From Monocercomonoides exilis PA203 (lineage: Eukaryota; Protista; Preaxostyla): a DNA stretch of 64,000 nt. Each line of letters begins with the position of its first letter. The stretch's first letter is position 1. The translations under genes and the position numbers were made by a program. This document shows, piece by piece, positions 1 through 12,182 of this stretch. The stretch spans positions 372,001 through 436,000 of the forward strand of contig LSRY02000045.1 in the NCBI GenBank assembly GCA_001643675.2, written 5' to 3'. Below the pieces are notes generated by a model that was not told the origin of the DNA, did no database searches, and was given only the letters and a program-made list of their open reading frames with translations.

Positions 1-3000
1 AATTTCACTCCTTTCACCCTCAATGTTCCTCCGCTTCCAACTGATATCATCATCCCTCCCCCTTTCATTCCACTTCCACCTGTGCATCTTGATGAAAAAT
101 TGCTTTCTTCAATTTTCACATTCCCATTATCCCCCATCCCAACATTCAAACATCCCCCTCCTCCATTTCCACCTGCAACTTCCACCTCCACTCCACTCAC
201 TCTGCTGTTCTTCAATTCCAATTGAACTCCACTTGTCATCGTTATTGGAGATTTCCCATTCGTCTTCAATGAACTTTCCATCACAAATCCATCAACAATC
301 AGATTCCCTCCTGCCATGCCAATGATGCTGTATCCGATCTTTCCATTGGTCAATGCCCCACTCTCAAATGAGACTGAACAGTTCGTCATACTGAGTGTTG
401 ATGTTGAATGGATGAATGCACTTCTCCTTGATTTCAACTGACCTTTCACAACAAATGAAAGTCGGCTCATTGTCACTGAACTCGAACATCCAACAAGCCA
501 ATCTTGTGTGGCTGATCCTCCATCACTCACATTCACCCCCATCCTCTCTCCATCGGATAACGCTATTCTGCCTGAAATTATCACACCAAATGATGATGGT
601 CCTGTTATTTCCTTGGCAATTGAAGAAGATGAGACAATTTCAATTTCATTCACAGTGCTGCTCATTCTTGAGTTCGCACAATAATCAACTGTCAAACACC
701 TGAATCCATCAAATCCACAATGACTGTGGTCCTTCCCATTTCCTCCACTCCCATCAACAAGCACTTTTGACCCCATTGTGCACAAATACACAAACAGTGG
801 AATCACACCATTTTCTTCCCCATTTTCGCATCCACTCAATTTCAACACATCTGATGGAATGGTGCTTGCGTCAAAAAATGCAAATGAGCTGGCATTCACT
901 TTTGAATCCAAAAACACTCCACTCCCACAACGAACAAACACATCCTTTCCATATGTTGCAACATTCCCATTCACTTTCGAAAACTTCACATCCTGCCCAA
1001 TTGTCAATCCACATCCTCCACTCTCCATCAACACAAACATCCCTCCTCCTCTCCCTCCATTCCCTCCATTATTCTCTGCCTTATTCCCATCAATCACACT
1101 CGTTCCACTCACAACCACTTTTCCGCTTCCCTTCAATCCAACATAGATTCCTCCTCCTTTTCCACCACCACAACTGCACCCATTCACATTGCATCCTTCA
1201 ACTGTCAACGTTCCACTCGACCCAACTGTTCCTTTCATCCATCCTCCATCTCCCTCATTCCTTTTGATTCCGCTGATATTGCATCCTGAACATATCACAC
1301 TCGTCATTCCTTCAGAAAATTCAATCGCTGAATGAGCTCCAAACACAAGTGCTCCACCAATCACAAATCGTTCCATTTTCAGACTCCCACCCTGCGCATT
1401 CACAATGCTGTATCCAAAGGCCACACTCGATGTGCTCTCTGATATATGAGCAACTGAGCAGTCTGTGAGTGTGAGTGATGAGCTTGTCAAAACAATGAGC
1501 GATGTTGCACTTGACAACAGAAATGGAATTTGGAATGCAATGTTCTTTATTGAGCTTGCACTCTGAACATTTATCAAACACGAAGATGTCATTCCACTCG
1601 GCACCCTCACATTCACATTTGTCTTGTTAATCCCACAATACACCTCCCATTCATATGACCCGGCCATCGACACAACCTCTCCCAGCTCAAACCCTGAATC
1701 CAACACAATGTTCTTCTTTGACGAACTGAATCTGTTCTGTGAAGCAAACGCGATCGTTTTGCATGGAAAATACCCAAACCCACAAAACCACGAGTCATAT
1801 CCTCCATACCCATTCACCTTATTCCCCACATGTGCTGCTCCTGAAAATGTGTCAAAAAACACATTCAATGGGAATATTCCCATCCCTCCCTCATTCCGAT
1901 CATATCCCATCAACTCATCATAAATAGATCCATTGTGTCCAACATTCAGCTTTGTGGTTGTTATTGTCCCACTCACCAGCCTGCTCCCATTCACAAACAC
2001 ATCTTTCCCTCCCAATGTTGCACTGCAACCAATAAAACTCACTGATGTTATTGTAAAATCGAATGAGCTATCTGCCAGCCATAGCATCACCCCTCCTCCA
2101 TATCCACTGCACTTCGTTTTGTTGAATTTTGTTGTTCCTCCGCTGTGCGATGCTGATGATCCAATTCTAACTTGACTTGAAGAAGACGCCAACTCAACCT
2201 TTATCCCTCCTCCATTCCCATTCACACACTCACATCCTTCTATTGTTGTATTCCACACCACAAATGTCTCCCCACCCTTCACGCTTTTTGCCATCACCAC
2301 TCCATCCCCTGTTGTCCGATTCACATTCCGAATTGTAACATTACCCAGCAAACTCTCTCCTGATGATGATCCGGCTGATGATGGTTCAGCGAAAAGAGGC
2401 TGACTCATTTTTATATTTTTGATCTCAATATCAATCATCTTCAGCTGATTCAGCGCAACATCTAACACAGATGCTGATATAACACTTCCTCCAGTTGTAC
2501 CTGAGATCACCACATCCTCCAGTGAAAGAGTCCCGCTCCCCAGTGACACCACAAACACACTCGGCGATGGGCTTCTTGTCGCGTTGTGGTCGATCCCCAC
2601 ATGCCCCACCTCCAGTTGACCAGATGATATGCTAAACAACGTTGTCGAAGAGGTCGAAAGCGCACTCGTCCCAATCACACTCACTGTCTTCCCTCTCCCA
2701 ACAACAGAAATCTCCTTTTCCCCAACATTGATCGTCGCCCCTTCGCTCACATGCCTTCCACTCAGCACTGTGATTGTCGAGCTCAACTGCGCCATGCTCG
2801 AACTCACTGCATGCCCCACTGTCTTGCACGGTGTTGCCTCACTCATCCCACACAGATTGTTTGCGTCGTTCCCACCCACTCCAACAAATCTATCCTTCAT
2901 CCCTTCCTTCAACCATTCCTTTTTTTCTGTATGCTGATAACCATTATAATAATAGCACACTCTCTTATCATTGCTATTCGTTGTATACGATTCATAGAAC

Positions 3001-4583
3001 GGGTTGTATGACGAAAAGAGATTGTTAGCATCTCGAAAATACACATCGTGCCCATATGGAGTGGAATTACTGCAACTGCAATCATGGAAGAAGAAGAAAT
3101 AGCAATAAAGGTTGTTGCTTGGAGGTGTTGACTGATATGGCCTGAAATCCAATCCTCCGCCATATGACACTGCTGAACACGAAATGAACTGGAGGCTCCT
3201 CATTTTGAATGCAGCTGGAACATATGAGCAATACATCCCTCCGCCACTTGAACCTGTAAGAGAACACGAAGTGAATGAGCACTCAAACACACAAGCACTC
3301 TCTCCATTGCCGTTTTCTGTTCCAATACAATTGGATCCAGAAACATTAAAAGATACAAGATAAAGTCCTCCTCCATAACCACTTACTTTGCATTTCTGGA
3401 ACTCGCACCCACTGATCCTGACACATGACGAAATTGATAGAGCATATATCCCTCCTCCATAATTATTTTTTGCAGTACAAGCATTGAATGAGTTGTTCTC
3501 AATCTTGATGGAATTAATTGTATGACACATAATTCCTCCTCCTCGACTGTATGCAGTACAGTCGTTGAACGAACAAAATTTCACTGAAAGTGTTCCCGAT
3601 GCCTTGTTGTACATGTTAATAGCACCTCCACTCGATATTCCATCTGAATAAGAACTACTTGTTCCAGTTGTATTTGAGCCATTCCATACACACCAAGTGA
3701 ACGAATTCGTTAAATCTGTAGAAATTTGCTGTCTCACTGGTTTCGATGGATTCCCTTCACTCCCGCTGACTGCAACATTCTGAGACCGATAGCACCTGAC
3801 AAATGAGGTGTTCGAGGCAGCCAAGGATGATGAGGGGCTGTTCAGCGAGGGGACAATGCCCCCATCATACACATCCCACACTGACACAAATTCACATCCA
3901 CTCATCAGAAATGATGTTTGGCCCAGCCCTTCACCCAGATGTGTTGTTTTCGATGGATTTGTGGAGATGTTGAAGAAGGTCAGCTGGGTGAGAGATACAA
4001 GGCGTGTCAATGGAGGTGCCAGAAACGGGGCTGAAGACACACAAAAAGATGAGAAATCTGACTCACTCACCAATACACTCCCTCCTCCTTCACTTTCTTC
4101 TTCGCTTTCTTCTTCTCTTCCTTCTCCACCTCTTCTTCCTTCACCACCTCCTCGTTGTTCTCCTCTCTCTCCTACTTCATCTCTTCCGCTTCCTCTTCCC
4201 CATCCTCCTCCTCCTCTTCCCCCACCTTCTCTCTCACTCCTCGTCTGCCCCATCCTCCCCTCTCCTCCAAACAGCCTTCCAGAGTATATTTCTCCCCCTC
4301 TTCTCCACCCTTTCAATGTGATGTTTGTCAACACCCCAATGCTCCCACTCAGATCAAATGCCCCTGCACCATCATCCTTCCCCATCCCCACAACACACCC
4401 CCTCACCACAACCACGCTCCCTTTCCTTCCACACACCAAACAACAATTATCATCATTCTCCAATGATATTTGATTTAACTCAACTGATGCATTTTTAACC
4501 ACTAAACTCCCTTTAAACACACTCACATCACTTACTGCTTTAACACATGACGCGATTCCCACAATAAACAACAAACTCAACAT
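1..4583 (-). CDS. Large secreted/surface right-handed beta-helix (Pmp/pectin-lyase-fold-like) protein, copy A; 3' end beyond window
   Basis: ATG at 4583 reads MLSLLFIVGIASCVKA (signal-peptide-like). The frame is absent from the ORF track, consistent with no stop before the window edge (>1520 aa). Manual translation of ~4100-2350 gives repeated GG[AG][ILM]Y..F..C units and CGMSEATPCKT, colinear with ORFs 37938-39707 and 45296-47524. Confidence 0.88.
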   Translation of the reverse strand, partial: MLSLLFIVGIASCVKAVSDVSVFKGSLVVKNASVELNQISLENDDNCCLVCGRKGSVVVVRGCVVGMGKDDGAGAFDLSGSIGVLTNITLKGWRRGGEIYSGRLFGGEGRMGQTRSEREGGGRGGGGWGRGSGRDEVGERGEQRGGGEGRRGGEGREEESEEESEGGGSVLVSESDFSSFCVSSAPFLAPPLTRLVSLTQLTFFNISTNPSKTTHLGEGLGQTSFLMSGCEFVSVWDVYDGGIVPSLNSPSSSLAASNTSFVRCYRSQNVAVSGSEGNPSKPVRQQISTDLTNSFTWCVWNGSNTTGTSSSYSDGISSGGAINMYNKASGTLSVKFCSFNDCTAYSRGGGIMCHTINSIKIENNSFNACTAKNNYGGGIYALSISSCVRISGCEFQKCKVSGYGGGLYLVSFNVSGSNCIGTENGNGESACVFECSFTSCSLTGSSGGGMYCSYVPAAFKMRSLQFISCSAVSYGGGLDFRPYQSTPPSNNLYCYFFFFHDCSCSNSTPYGHDVYFRDANNLFSSYNPFYESYTTNSNDKRVCYYYNGYQHTEKKEWLKEGMKDRFVGVGGNDANNLCGMSEATPCKTVGHAVSSSMAQLSSTITVLSGRHVSEGATINVGEKEISVVGRGKTVSVIGTSALSTSSTTLFSISSGQLEVGHVGIDHNATRSPSPSVFVVSLGSGTLSLEDVVISGTTGGSVISASVLDVALNQLKMIDIEIKNIKMSQPLFAEPSSAGSSSGESLLGNVTIRNVNRTTGDGVVMAKSVKGGETFVVWNTTIEGCECVNGNGGGIKVELASSSSQVRIGSSASHSGGTTKFNKTKCSGYGGGVMLWLADSSFDFTITSVSFIGCSATLGGKDVFVNGSRLVSGTITTTKLNVGHNGSIYDELMGYDRNEGGMGIFPLNVFFDTFSGAAHVGNKVNGYGGYDSWFCGFGYFPCKTIAFASQNRFSSSKKNIVLDSGFELGEVVSMAGSYEWEVYCGINKTNVNVRVPSGMTSSCLINVQSASSIKNIAFQIPFLLSSATSLIVLTSSSLTLTDCSVAHISESTSSVAFGYSIVNAQGGSLKMERFVIGGALVFGAHSAIEFSEGMTSVICSGCNISGIKRNEGDGGWMKGTVGSSGTLTVEGCNVNGCSCGGGKGGGIYVGLKGSGKVVVSGTSVIDGNKAENNGGNGGRGGGMFVLMESGGCGLTIGQDVKFSKVNGNVATYGKDVFVRCGSGVFLDSKVNASSFAFFDASTIPSDVLKLSGCENGEENGVIPLFVYLCTMGSKVLVDGSGGNGKDHSHCGFDGFRCLTVDYCANSRMSSTVNEIEIVSSSSIAKEITGPSSFGVIISGRIALSDGERMGVNVSDGGSATQDWLVGCSSSVTMSRLSFVVKGQLKSRRSAFIHSTSTLSMTNCSVSFESGALTNGKIGYSIIGMAGGNLIVDGFVMESSLKTNGKSPITMTSGVQLELKNSRVSGVEVEVAGGNGGGGCLNVGMGDNGNVKIEESNFSSRCTGGSGMKGGGMMISVGSGGTLRVKGVK

Positions 4584-4869
4584 CTCGTCAAATTTGTGTC
4601 AACCTCGCCAAATAAATATCTTTATAATATAATTGATCATTTTTGATCAATTTTACCATCGATTTATTTCTATTTTTCCTTTCATTAACTTATCTTTTAT
4701 ATTTAAATTTCATTTTATTTTTCATTTTCCTTTAAAAATTACTTCCATACTTAAGTATGAAATTGCTGGATTTATACCCCGTGCCACCTGCCAATCCAAC
4801 ACAAAGAGAACAGTGGAAGGTAATTTTCAACCACCTTCCCCCCCCAATGTTCCCCCCCCATGAGAAATT

Positions 4870-6287
4870 GGTTTCACACTTAAATATTATCTTTTAATAT
4901 TTCTCATTTTTCATAAATTAATAAAATCATTTTCGAAATACAAATTATATAGATCACATTATTTGATCTTCACATAAAAAAACATTTCACTCAAAATTAT
5001 AATATCAAAATAATTTTATCATAATAACGTTAACAATAATTTATAACCTGAAACAAAAATTTCAATTTAATGTTAAAATAAATAAAAAAACATTCAAATT
5101 TCAATAAATTTACAATTATAAACTAATTACCCTAATAATCATTCAACTCATTCACTTTTTAATACACTCTCTCAAATAAAATTAACACAACAAAAATTCA
5201 TATCTTTCATACACATAATCAAATCAACTTTTAAACATTCAATAATTTCCTCATCCTTTAACATATATCAATTTCTCTTTATAATCAATATTAATCCTTT
5301 TTTAATCTTCCATACCTATTAATAATCAACATTTAATTTATATTAATTTCTTTCTTCCTCATTTTATACCACTTTAATCATCCTTTTCTTCAATTTCAAA
5401 CATTTCTAATTACTCATCACACTTATTATTAATCACCTTTTCTTCAAATAAATATCTTCATTTCTTATCAAAACTTCTCATCTTCTCATCATTACTATCA
5501 TTCCCCTTTTCATTCTTATCAAATTCTCTTTCTAAATCAAATATTTATCATCCATCCCAAAACATAATTATTATCATGTTTCTATTATGGATTTGAAATG
5601 TGTTTAAAACTCATCCCACTTTCTCATTTCTGTTCTTTTCATATTTCTTTCCTTTCACTTCTTCTTCTAATATCATCATCTTTCCAATATTATCTTAATG
5701 TCTTCATCTTTTAATTTAATATCTTCATCCCCTTTTCCATCTTCCATTCGTCATATTCTCCATATTTCTTTTCCCACAAATAATATATCATCAATAATAC
5801 ATTTAAAATGTCAAATTTTAATAACATTTTCAAACATACCTTTAATTATCATTCAAACTTCTTCACTTCATTCCAATCTTTATGTAAATTCATTAACTTT
5901 CTTTTTCTTCAACACTTCATATTTCATTCCTATTTAACTTTCTTCATATCATCACTTTTATTTCTATACACAAATTTAAATTAAACAATAAAAAATACAT
6001 CATCAATATATTTATTTCGTTTTCCTTTAAAAATTTTAAAAAAATTAACAAACCTCCTTTATATACTAATATTACATTAATTCATCATTCAAATATCAAC
6101 CTACTCACGCTCTTTAAAACTTTATATTTCAAAATATACAAAATATTCATCCATTACAATAATCGCTTCCAATGCTGCTAAAAATAAACAAATAATAATA
6201 AATCATTATCAAAACACATAAAATACATCATCATACTTTTATTTAACTCAACTTTATTTCATATTCAACAAAATCTCAAATCACAAT
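4870..6287. other. Strand-asymmetric G-depleted tract (C-depleted on minus strand), non-repetitive
   Basis: No G at all on + strand from 5073 to 5577 although C is abundant; mostly 0-3 G per 60 nt over the rest. Confidence 0.9.
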
Positions 6288-6466
6288 TGGGGTGAAATTT
6301 TTGCAATTGTGAAAAAAACTGAGATTAGTTCCAAACTTTTTCTGCATTCTTTTCATAATTATTTAAACATTTTCATTGGGAAAAAAAGTTCAAATATTAT
6401 CCAGCTTGGAAAAATCTTTGAAAGCTTGAATGTAACAAAATTCATAAAGCAAAAAATTTCGTCCCA
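6288..6466 (-). mobile_element. ~180-bp MITE (TGGG...CCCA family 1)
   Basis: Imperfect TIR TGGGGTGAAATTTTTGC / GCAAAAAATTTCGTCCCA; reverse-complement homolog at 27326-27506; flanked by AT/AT. Confidence 0.75.
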
Positions 6467-6822
6467 ATTCATCTTTGCCAATATTAATTTTCAAATAATG
6501 GATTTCATATTTCTTCTTAAATTTTTCTTTTTTTCCAAACTTAATCTCTCAATCAACACATTTTTTCCTTTTCATTAACTTTTTGCACATTTATTTTTTG
6601 AACCTAACAACGAACCCTCCAAATGACAATGGCTCAAAAAGCATCTTTGTTCCGATATTTCTTCATTTTCACTAATACCTCCATCTGAACATTGTTTTTC
6701 ATAGAATTTCACAACTCTATAACTTTTTTAATAAAAACATTCAAATCATCATCTCCCTTTCTTTCTCTTTTCTTCCATTTCTTTTGCTTTCTCTCCCCTT
6801 CAAACCCTTCGCACTCTTTCTC

Positions 6823-9800
6823 CTATTCTTCTTGTATTATATCGCCATTATACTTCCATCCAATATTTGGAACTTCCATTATTCCCTTAATTGCACTTTG
6901 CTCTTCTTTTTCTATTTCTCCTTTCAGCACGCTCTTTTCTCCTTTAACTCTTTTATCGATTTCTTTATCTCCTTTTGTTTGAAGACTGCTTTTGTTCTTC
7001 ATGACGAAACTCTCTGTTGAAGATGCTGTTTCATCTCCAAATAAAATAGACACAGATATTTCTGTTTCTTCTTCGTCCCATTCAGATAATGACAGGTCAA
7101 TTTCGTAACAAATTTCAGTCTCGTTGATATAATCCTCTTTGCTAAACTCCTTCAAAACTTCTTTTTCATCTCCTCTTTTGAATATTATTTACATCGACAG
7201 ATTGCAAGGCATCAAAAGTTGTCCCAAGCATGTTATTTTCATCACATTTCCCTCTTTCGTTGTCTTCACTTCTTCAATAATGGGGATAAAGAAAGGAGAT
7301 GATACTTCAGAAATAATTCCTTTTAAGAGCGCAACCTTCGCTCAACATCCAAAATGAGGCGTTATCCTTCATTCCATCTCCTCCTTTCACGCTCTTCACA
7401 TTCAACGTGCTTCCATCTGAACACAAAATGTTGCGTCGAAGAGAAGGATAGCCGGAAACAAATGGATTGTTGTTCTGAAACATCCCCAGTTCTATCGTAA
7501 CAGTCGAGTTAGACAGAGAAATCGCTCCTTGGGAGAAGTTCTCAAATAAAGTGTTGCTTATATTCACTGTGCTTTCTACAAAGTTGATTGAAGAGCTGCT
7601 CCATTCCCACACAAAACCAGTTTCTTCGCCAGTTTCTTCGTTTTCATTCACTTTTGAATGAATATTCCGTCCATTTTGGCTTCTCGTTTCTGCAACACCA
7701 CAAAATGAGCTCTTTTCTATTGAAACACTTCCACACGAGGTCAAATCCAAATAGCTTCCTCTTTCGCGCTGCCCGCTGATGTTGCTGAACACACACGAGT
7801 CAATCAGAATGCGGCTGTTCCAACTGGCTGCCTTCACAGCTGCTCCTTCCGAATGCTTCAGCTGCACATCCCTCACTTCACACAGAACCAACTCAAACGG
7901 CGTATCGCCACTTTCATCGGCTGCCTTGTAAAATTCAGAATTTAACTCAAAATTATCCGATTCTTCATTGAAAAGAGAAGAAAGAGAAGAAGAAGAAGAA
8001 AGAGGAGGAGGCAGAAGAGCAAACAAGCATCCTTCTTCCACAGTCACTTGGCTGATAGAAACTTCTCTCAGCACAAAAGATGCTGCCATTTCGGCGGCAA
8101 AGGCAGACGAGTGCGAAGAGAGCGAAGAGACGTTGCACCGCTTCACTTCCACTTTGCACCCGCTTTCTGCAGACAGCACACCGCAGCACTCGAAAACATG
8201 CTCTATGCAAATGTCTGCCAGCACAGCCACGCTGCCGCCAGACACAGAAATGAGAGAGTTCGCAGATGACTCGAAGGAATTGGGAGATTGAGAAGAAGAA
8301 GAAGATGATGATGAAGATGAAGATGATGAAGAATCGGAAGATGTTATGAAAGAAACAGAACAATCTTCTATTCTCAGTCCGCTGGCTGTCAGAGACGACG
8401 ACTCGCACTTGATGACATGAGCCGACTGCGAGGCATCGCCCGACACGACAAATAAAGATAGCTCTTTGAAGCAGACACCAATCAACTCCACAGCAGCACC
8501 AAAGCAGGCCTCAATGAACGAATTCCCTGCTTCTGGCTCAAATGAAGACAACGAAGAAGAAGAAGAAGAAGAAGAAGACTGAGCAAATTGCTTTGCTCCA
8601 AATGTTTCTGCTGATGGCTGCTGCCTCGATGCCTGCAAGCGGATGGCCGAGAACGAAACATTGCTCAAACACAAACAATGACTCTCAACACAAATTACAG
8701 TATTTGCCAGCTGCGCCGGCTCTTCTGACGTGATTGTGCAGTCGCCCAGCGTCAGATTTCCGCTCCTCACGCCAAAGACAGAGCGATGCGCAGAAGCGAA
8801 GCTGGGGCCGAAGACGATGTCCATCCCCAAAATGCTGCACTCCTCAGACGAAGACACCACACAATCCGCACTTCCATCCGTCCGAGCGATTTCGGAGTTG
8901 AACTCAAAAACAGCTGGGCTGCCTCCGACTGTCTGCACTGTCGCTGATGAAATGGCTGTCTCTGCTGAAACAGCTGCCTTCTTCACCACCAGCACGTTCT
9001 GGTACGGCTCGTCGTTCAGATGCCGCACAGCCTCGCTGAGTGTCTCACACGGGTCTTCCCTTCGCCCACAGTCCTTCTCGTTCTTCCCTTTCTCTCCCGA
9101 CACAAATATCCGCTCTGACTTGTAGAACACAATAAATGGCACCAAATCAATCGGCTCCTTCTTCACTTTGTCCATCCCGAAGATCGCATTTTCTCTGTCA
9201 AAGGCCAACTCGCTGAAGTCCATCACAAACAGCGCCTCATTGATCTGCTCAGCAATCGATCGGCAGACAATGTAAAGATCCTTCGCCACACTCGCTCTGT
9301 TCAAAGAAAACCGAATCAGCCGAAATTTGATTGGCAGCGCCTTCGCTTTCTCCGAAGACTGTGCATCTGAATCTTCTGGATCGTCCAGGCAGCTCAATGC
9401 AATTGCGCCTCCTCTGCCTTCACTCGTTGAGCACGCACATGTCACAAAAGACGACAGATTCGCCAGCACACTGCCTTCATTTGCCCAGCTGTCAGCCAGC
9501 CCGCCCGCCTTCTCCTTCATCCACACACAAAACGCCCCTCCCAGCTGAGACTCGCTGTTGCAGTCGCTGAATGTCGAGTTGTCCATCGTCAGCGCCACAG
9601 ACAGTGCACTCTCATAAGAAATGATCGATGCCTTCGCACTTGTGCTGCGGATGAGATGCCACTGAAGATTCCCCAGTCTGATTTCGCTCGCTTCTTTGCC
9701 CGCTTTCGTTTCTTTGCCATTCCCTGATAAGACTGATTCCTCATCCCCCTTCTCTTCTGCATCGCCCACAGAAATAAACGATCCTTCTGCAAAATTCAGA

Positions 9801-12170
9801 ACATCAACAGAAAACGCACTTGCCACAAAATGTGCAGCCGGCGCAGCAAGTCGGATGGCCGATGTCGCAAAGGAGAGCTCGGCCATTTTGGATTCTTCAA
9901 TCGAAAGTTTCCCAGACGAAACATGGAAAAGCACAAAAGCAACACCTTCTTCTGCTGTCTGCATCGCAAAGGAGCATTTGCTAAGCGTGGCTGTTCCTGT
10001 CTCAGTGAAAAGAAGTTCCTTTTGCGATGTTTCGAAAGACGAAGGCAGGCAGAAGTTGATGGAGGTGAATGCGAGCACAAGCTTGTTTGTGAGCACAGCC
10101 TCAGAAGGCTCAGAAAGAGATTGAATAGCTTTTCCCACATTGATTGTGCATTCATCTGACGAAGGCTCATCAGAAGAAGAGGAGGAAGAAGAATAGCCAG
10201 GAGAAGAAGGAACAGCTGGGCTTATTGAGCTGTTTGAAAGGTCCCACTCGTCTGAAATGGCAGCACTTGTGTTGATTTTGATTTCTCTGAACTGAGTTCC
10301 TTCTCTGAAATGCCTCATCCCTTCCCAAAACGACAGACAAGGCTCCTTTTCTGACCCGCACCCATGGATGTCTCTTCCACTCGACGACACAACAACAGAA
10401 GTGTCTGTGTGCTCAAACAGCAGCTTGTCCAAAGATATGCCTTCTGTAAAGTTCACTTTGTCTGCCCCAAAGAAAGCATTTGTGTTTTTCCATTCAGTCC
10501 AATCAAACATCAACCTTCCAATGACAACTGAAGAATTCAAATCGGAGCTCAATATGAACACGTTTCTTCCAACAAATGCTTCATTCTCAGAAAACACCAA
10601 ATCAGACAAAGAAAATCCATCGATCGAGTTGCAGCAGCTCAGATACAAAAACCCTCCTTTTCCGACAAAAGTCGAGCAAGTGCAATGGCAAACAGAACTG
10701 AACTGCTCAGAATTTTCTCCCTTCAGACAGAAGCTTCCTTCTGTTCCAAGTTCAATTTTCATTCCTCCACCTTCCTCACTCAACGCAGATGTCAATTCAT
10801 CCAAAGAGCAGTTCACAATTGACAGATGCGTCTCAAGCTGAACAGACCCAAACGAAGGCTGCTCGTCATACTCACTCACATGGAGAGAAGTGAATTCACA
10901 GTTCTTGAAGCTTATTTCAGATGGCTGAGATTCTTGATTGGCCGAAGAGGAATAATCATCTTTTGTATCTGTTGTTGAATGAATCAGATCGAAAAGTGAG
11001 CAAGCTGAAAATGATAAATGTGTAAAGTGAACTCCCTCAAATGAAGCTTGGGCTGCTTGCGAAATCACAAAAGGCGTGACAGAAAATGAGGCAGAATCAG
11101 CATGGCACAGAGAAAGCTGCACAACTGCACCCAAAACGCTGATCAAATGCACGCAACTTGAAAAATCTTGCGATTCTGAAGAAGTGAGAACGAAAGAACA
11201 CGATGAAAATTGGATGTTTCCTGTTTCTGTCGAAGAGGAAAACAACGAAGCACCTTCAGGTGTCTCAACAGCAAAAACAGAAGGAATATGAAAATCGATC
11301 GAAGAAAACGAAAGAGCGGCTGTGGATGAAACAACACTCCCAGATGCAAACTGAACATTGGTGCTGATGTTAATACCGCTGTTTTCTTTGCTAAATGACA
11401 CAACATTGACTGAGTTGAGTGAAATGTCATTTTCGATCGAGCCATTCGATTTCACAGTGATTACTCGAAGTGGCACATCAGCACTGCTCTCTGTAAGTCG
11501 ATTGACAGAATAGTCAAGCGATTGGCACGGAACATATTTGTTCCCACAAAACACCTCGTTCTGCCCTGCTGGCGCCTCAACCAGAACAGACGCACTCACA
11601 AAACCTTCCACAAAAATCATCAGATCAACCGCCTCGCTGAAATAGCTCCTATCAAACCCAACCAGCGCATTCGTTTTGTCCTCAAATTGTGTTGCAAATG
11701 CAAACAACTCAGAATTCACTCCCTTCCTCAGGTCATTCGCCACAACAAACATGTCTCTTCCCTGGTGTGCCTTGTTTCCTCCAACACTTATCTCTGAAAA
11801 TGAATATCGGTCATTGTTGTCTGTTGCACATGTCAAATAGATTCCTCTCCCGCATCCTACATGACTGCCACAGATGCTGTTCGTTTCAACCACATTTACG
11901 TCTTCAACTGCTATTTCTCCAATTTCAGCTCAAAAAACATCGCTCCATCCTTTTTAATCCTTCTGATTTTATTATTTGGAAAGAGCATACAACAACTTCT
12001 ATTTCGTAGCTGTTCTGAAGAGGATACATCTATCTACACATATTTAATCATTCTTTGATGAACCTTTTGAATGAAGAGGAGTTCAACAGAAGAACAGCTG
12101 ATGATGAGTCTTCTCCTTCTTTCCCTCCTTCTTCTTTTTCTCCTTCATTTTTTTCCATTTCAACTTCTCA
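6823..12170 (-). pseudogene. Beta-helix surface receptor family member, 5'-decayed, frameshifted near 7320; 1528-aa open core at 7307-11893
   Basis: Repeated CGx4PC, GGx(I/L)YL, FxxNxA units and family motif NNNP..GYPSLRRNILC...VKGGDG..NASFW. Homology to the 17692-19335 protein continues in another frame (LLMPCNLS, VSILFG) with a stop. Region 11893-12170 is coding-like but contains stops; no signal peptide. Confidence 0.75.
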
Positions 12171-12182
12171 CAGGTCTTTTAA

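Noticed and set aside
23-4473. Numerous + strand ORFs here (and similar ones at 39271-39723, 45364-45960, 58396-59613, 17634-18824)
   Set aside because: Antisense shadows of real opposite-strand reading frames caused by biased composition.
5770-5810. Minus-strand IIDDILF resembling an RT YxDD motif in the G-free tract
   Set aside because: Single short match in compositionally extreme sequence, with no other RT motifs.
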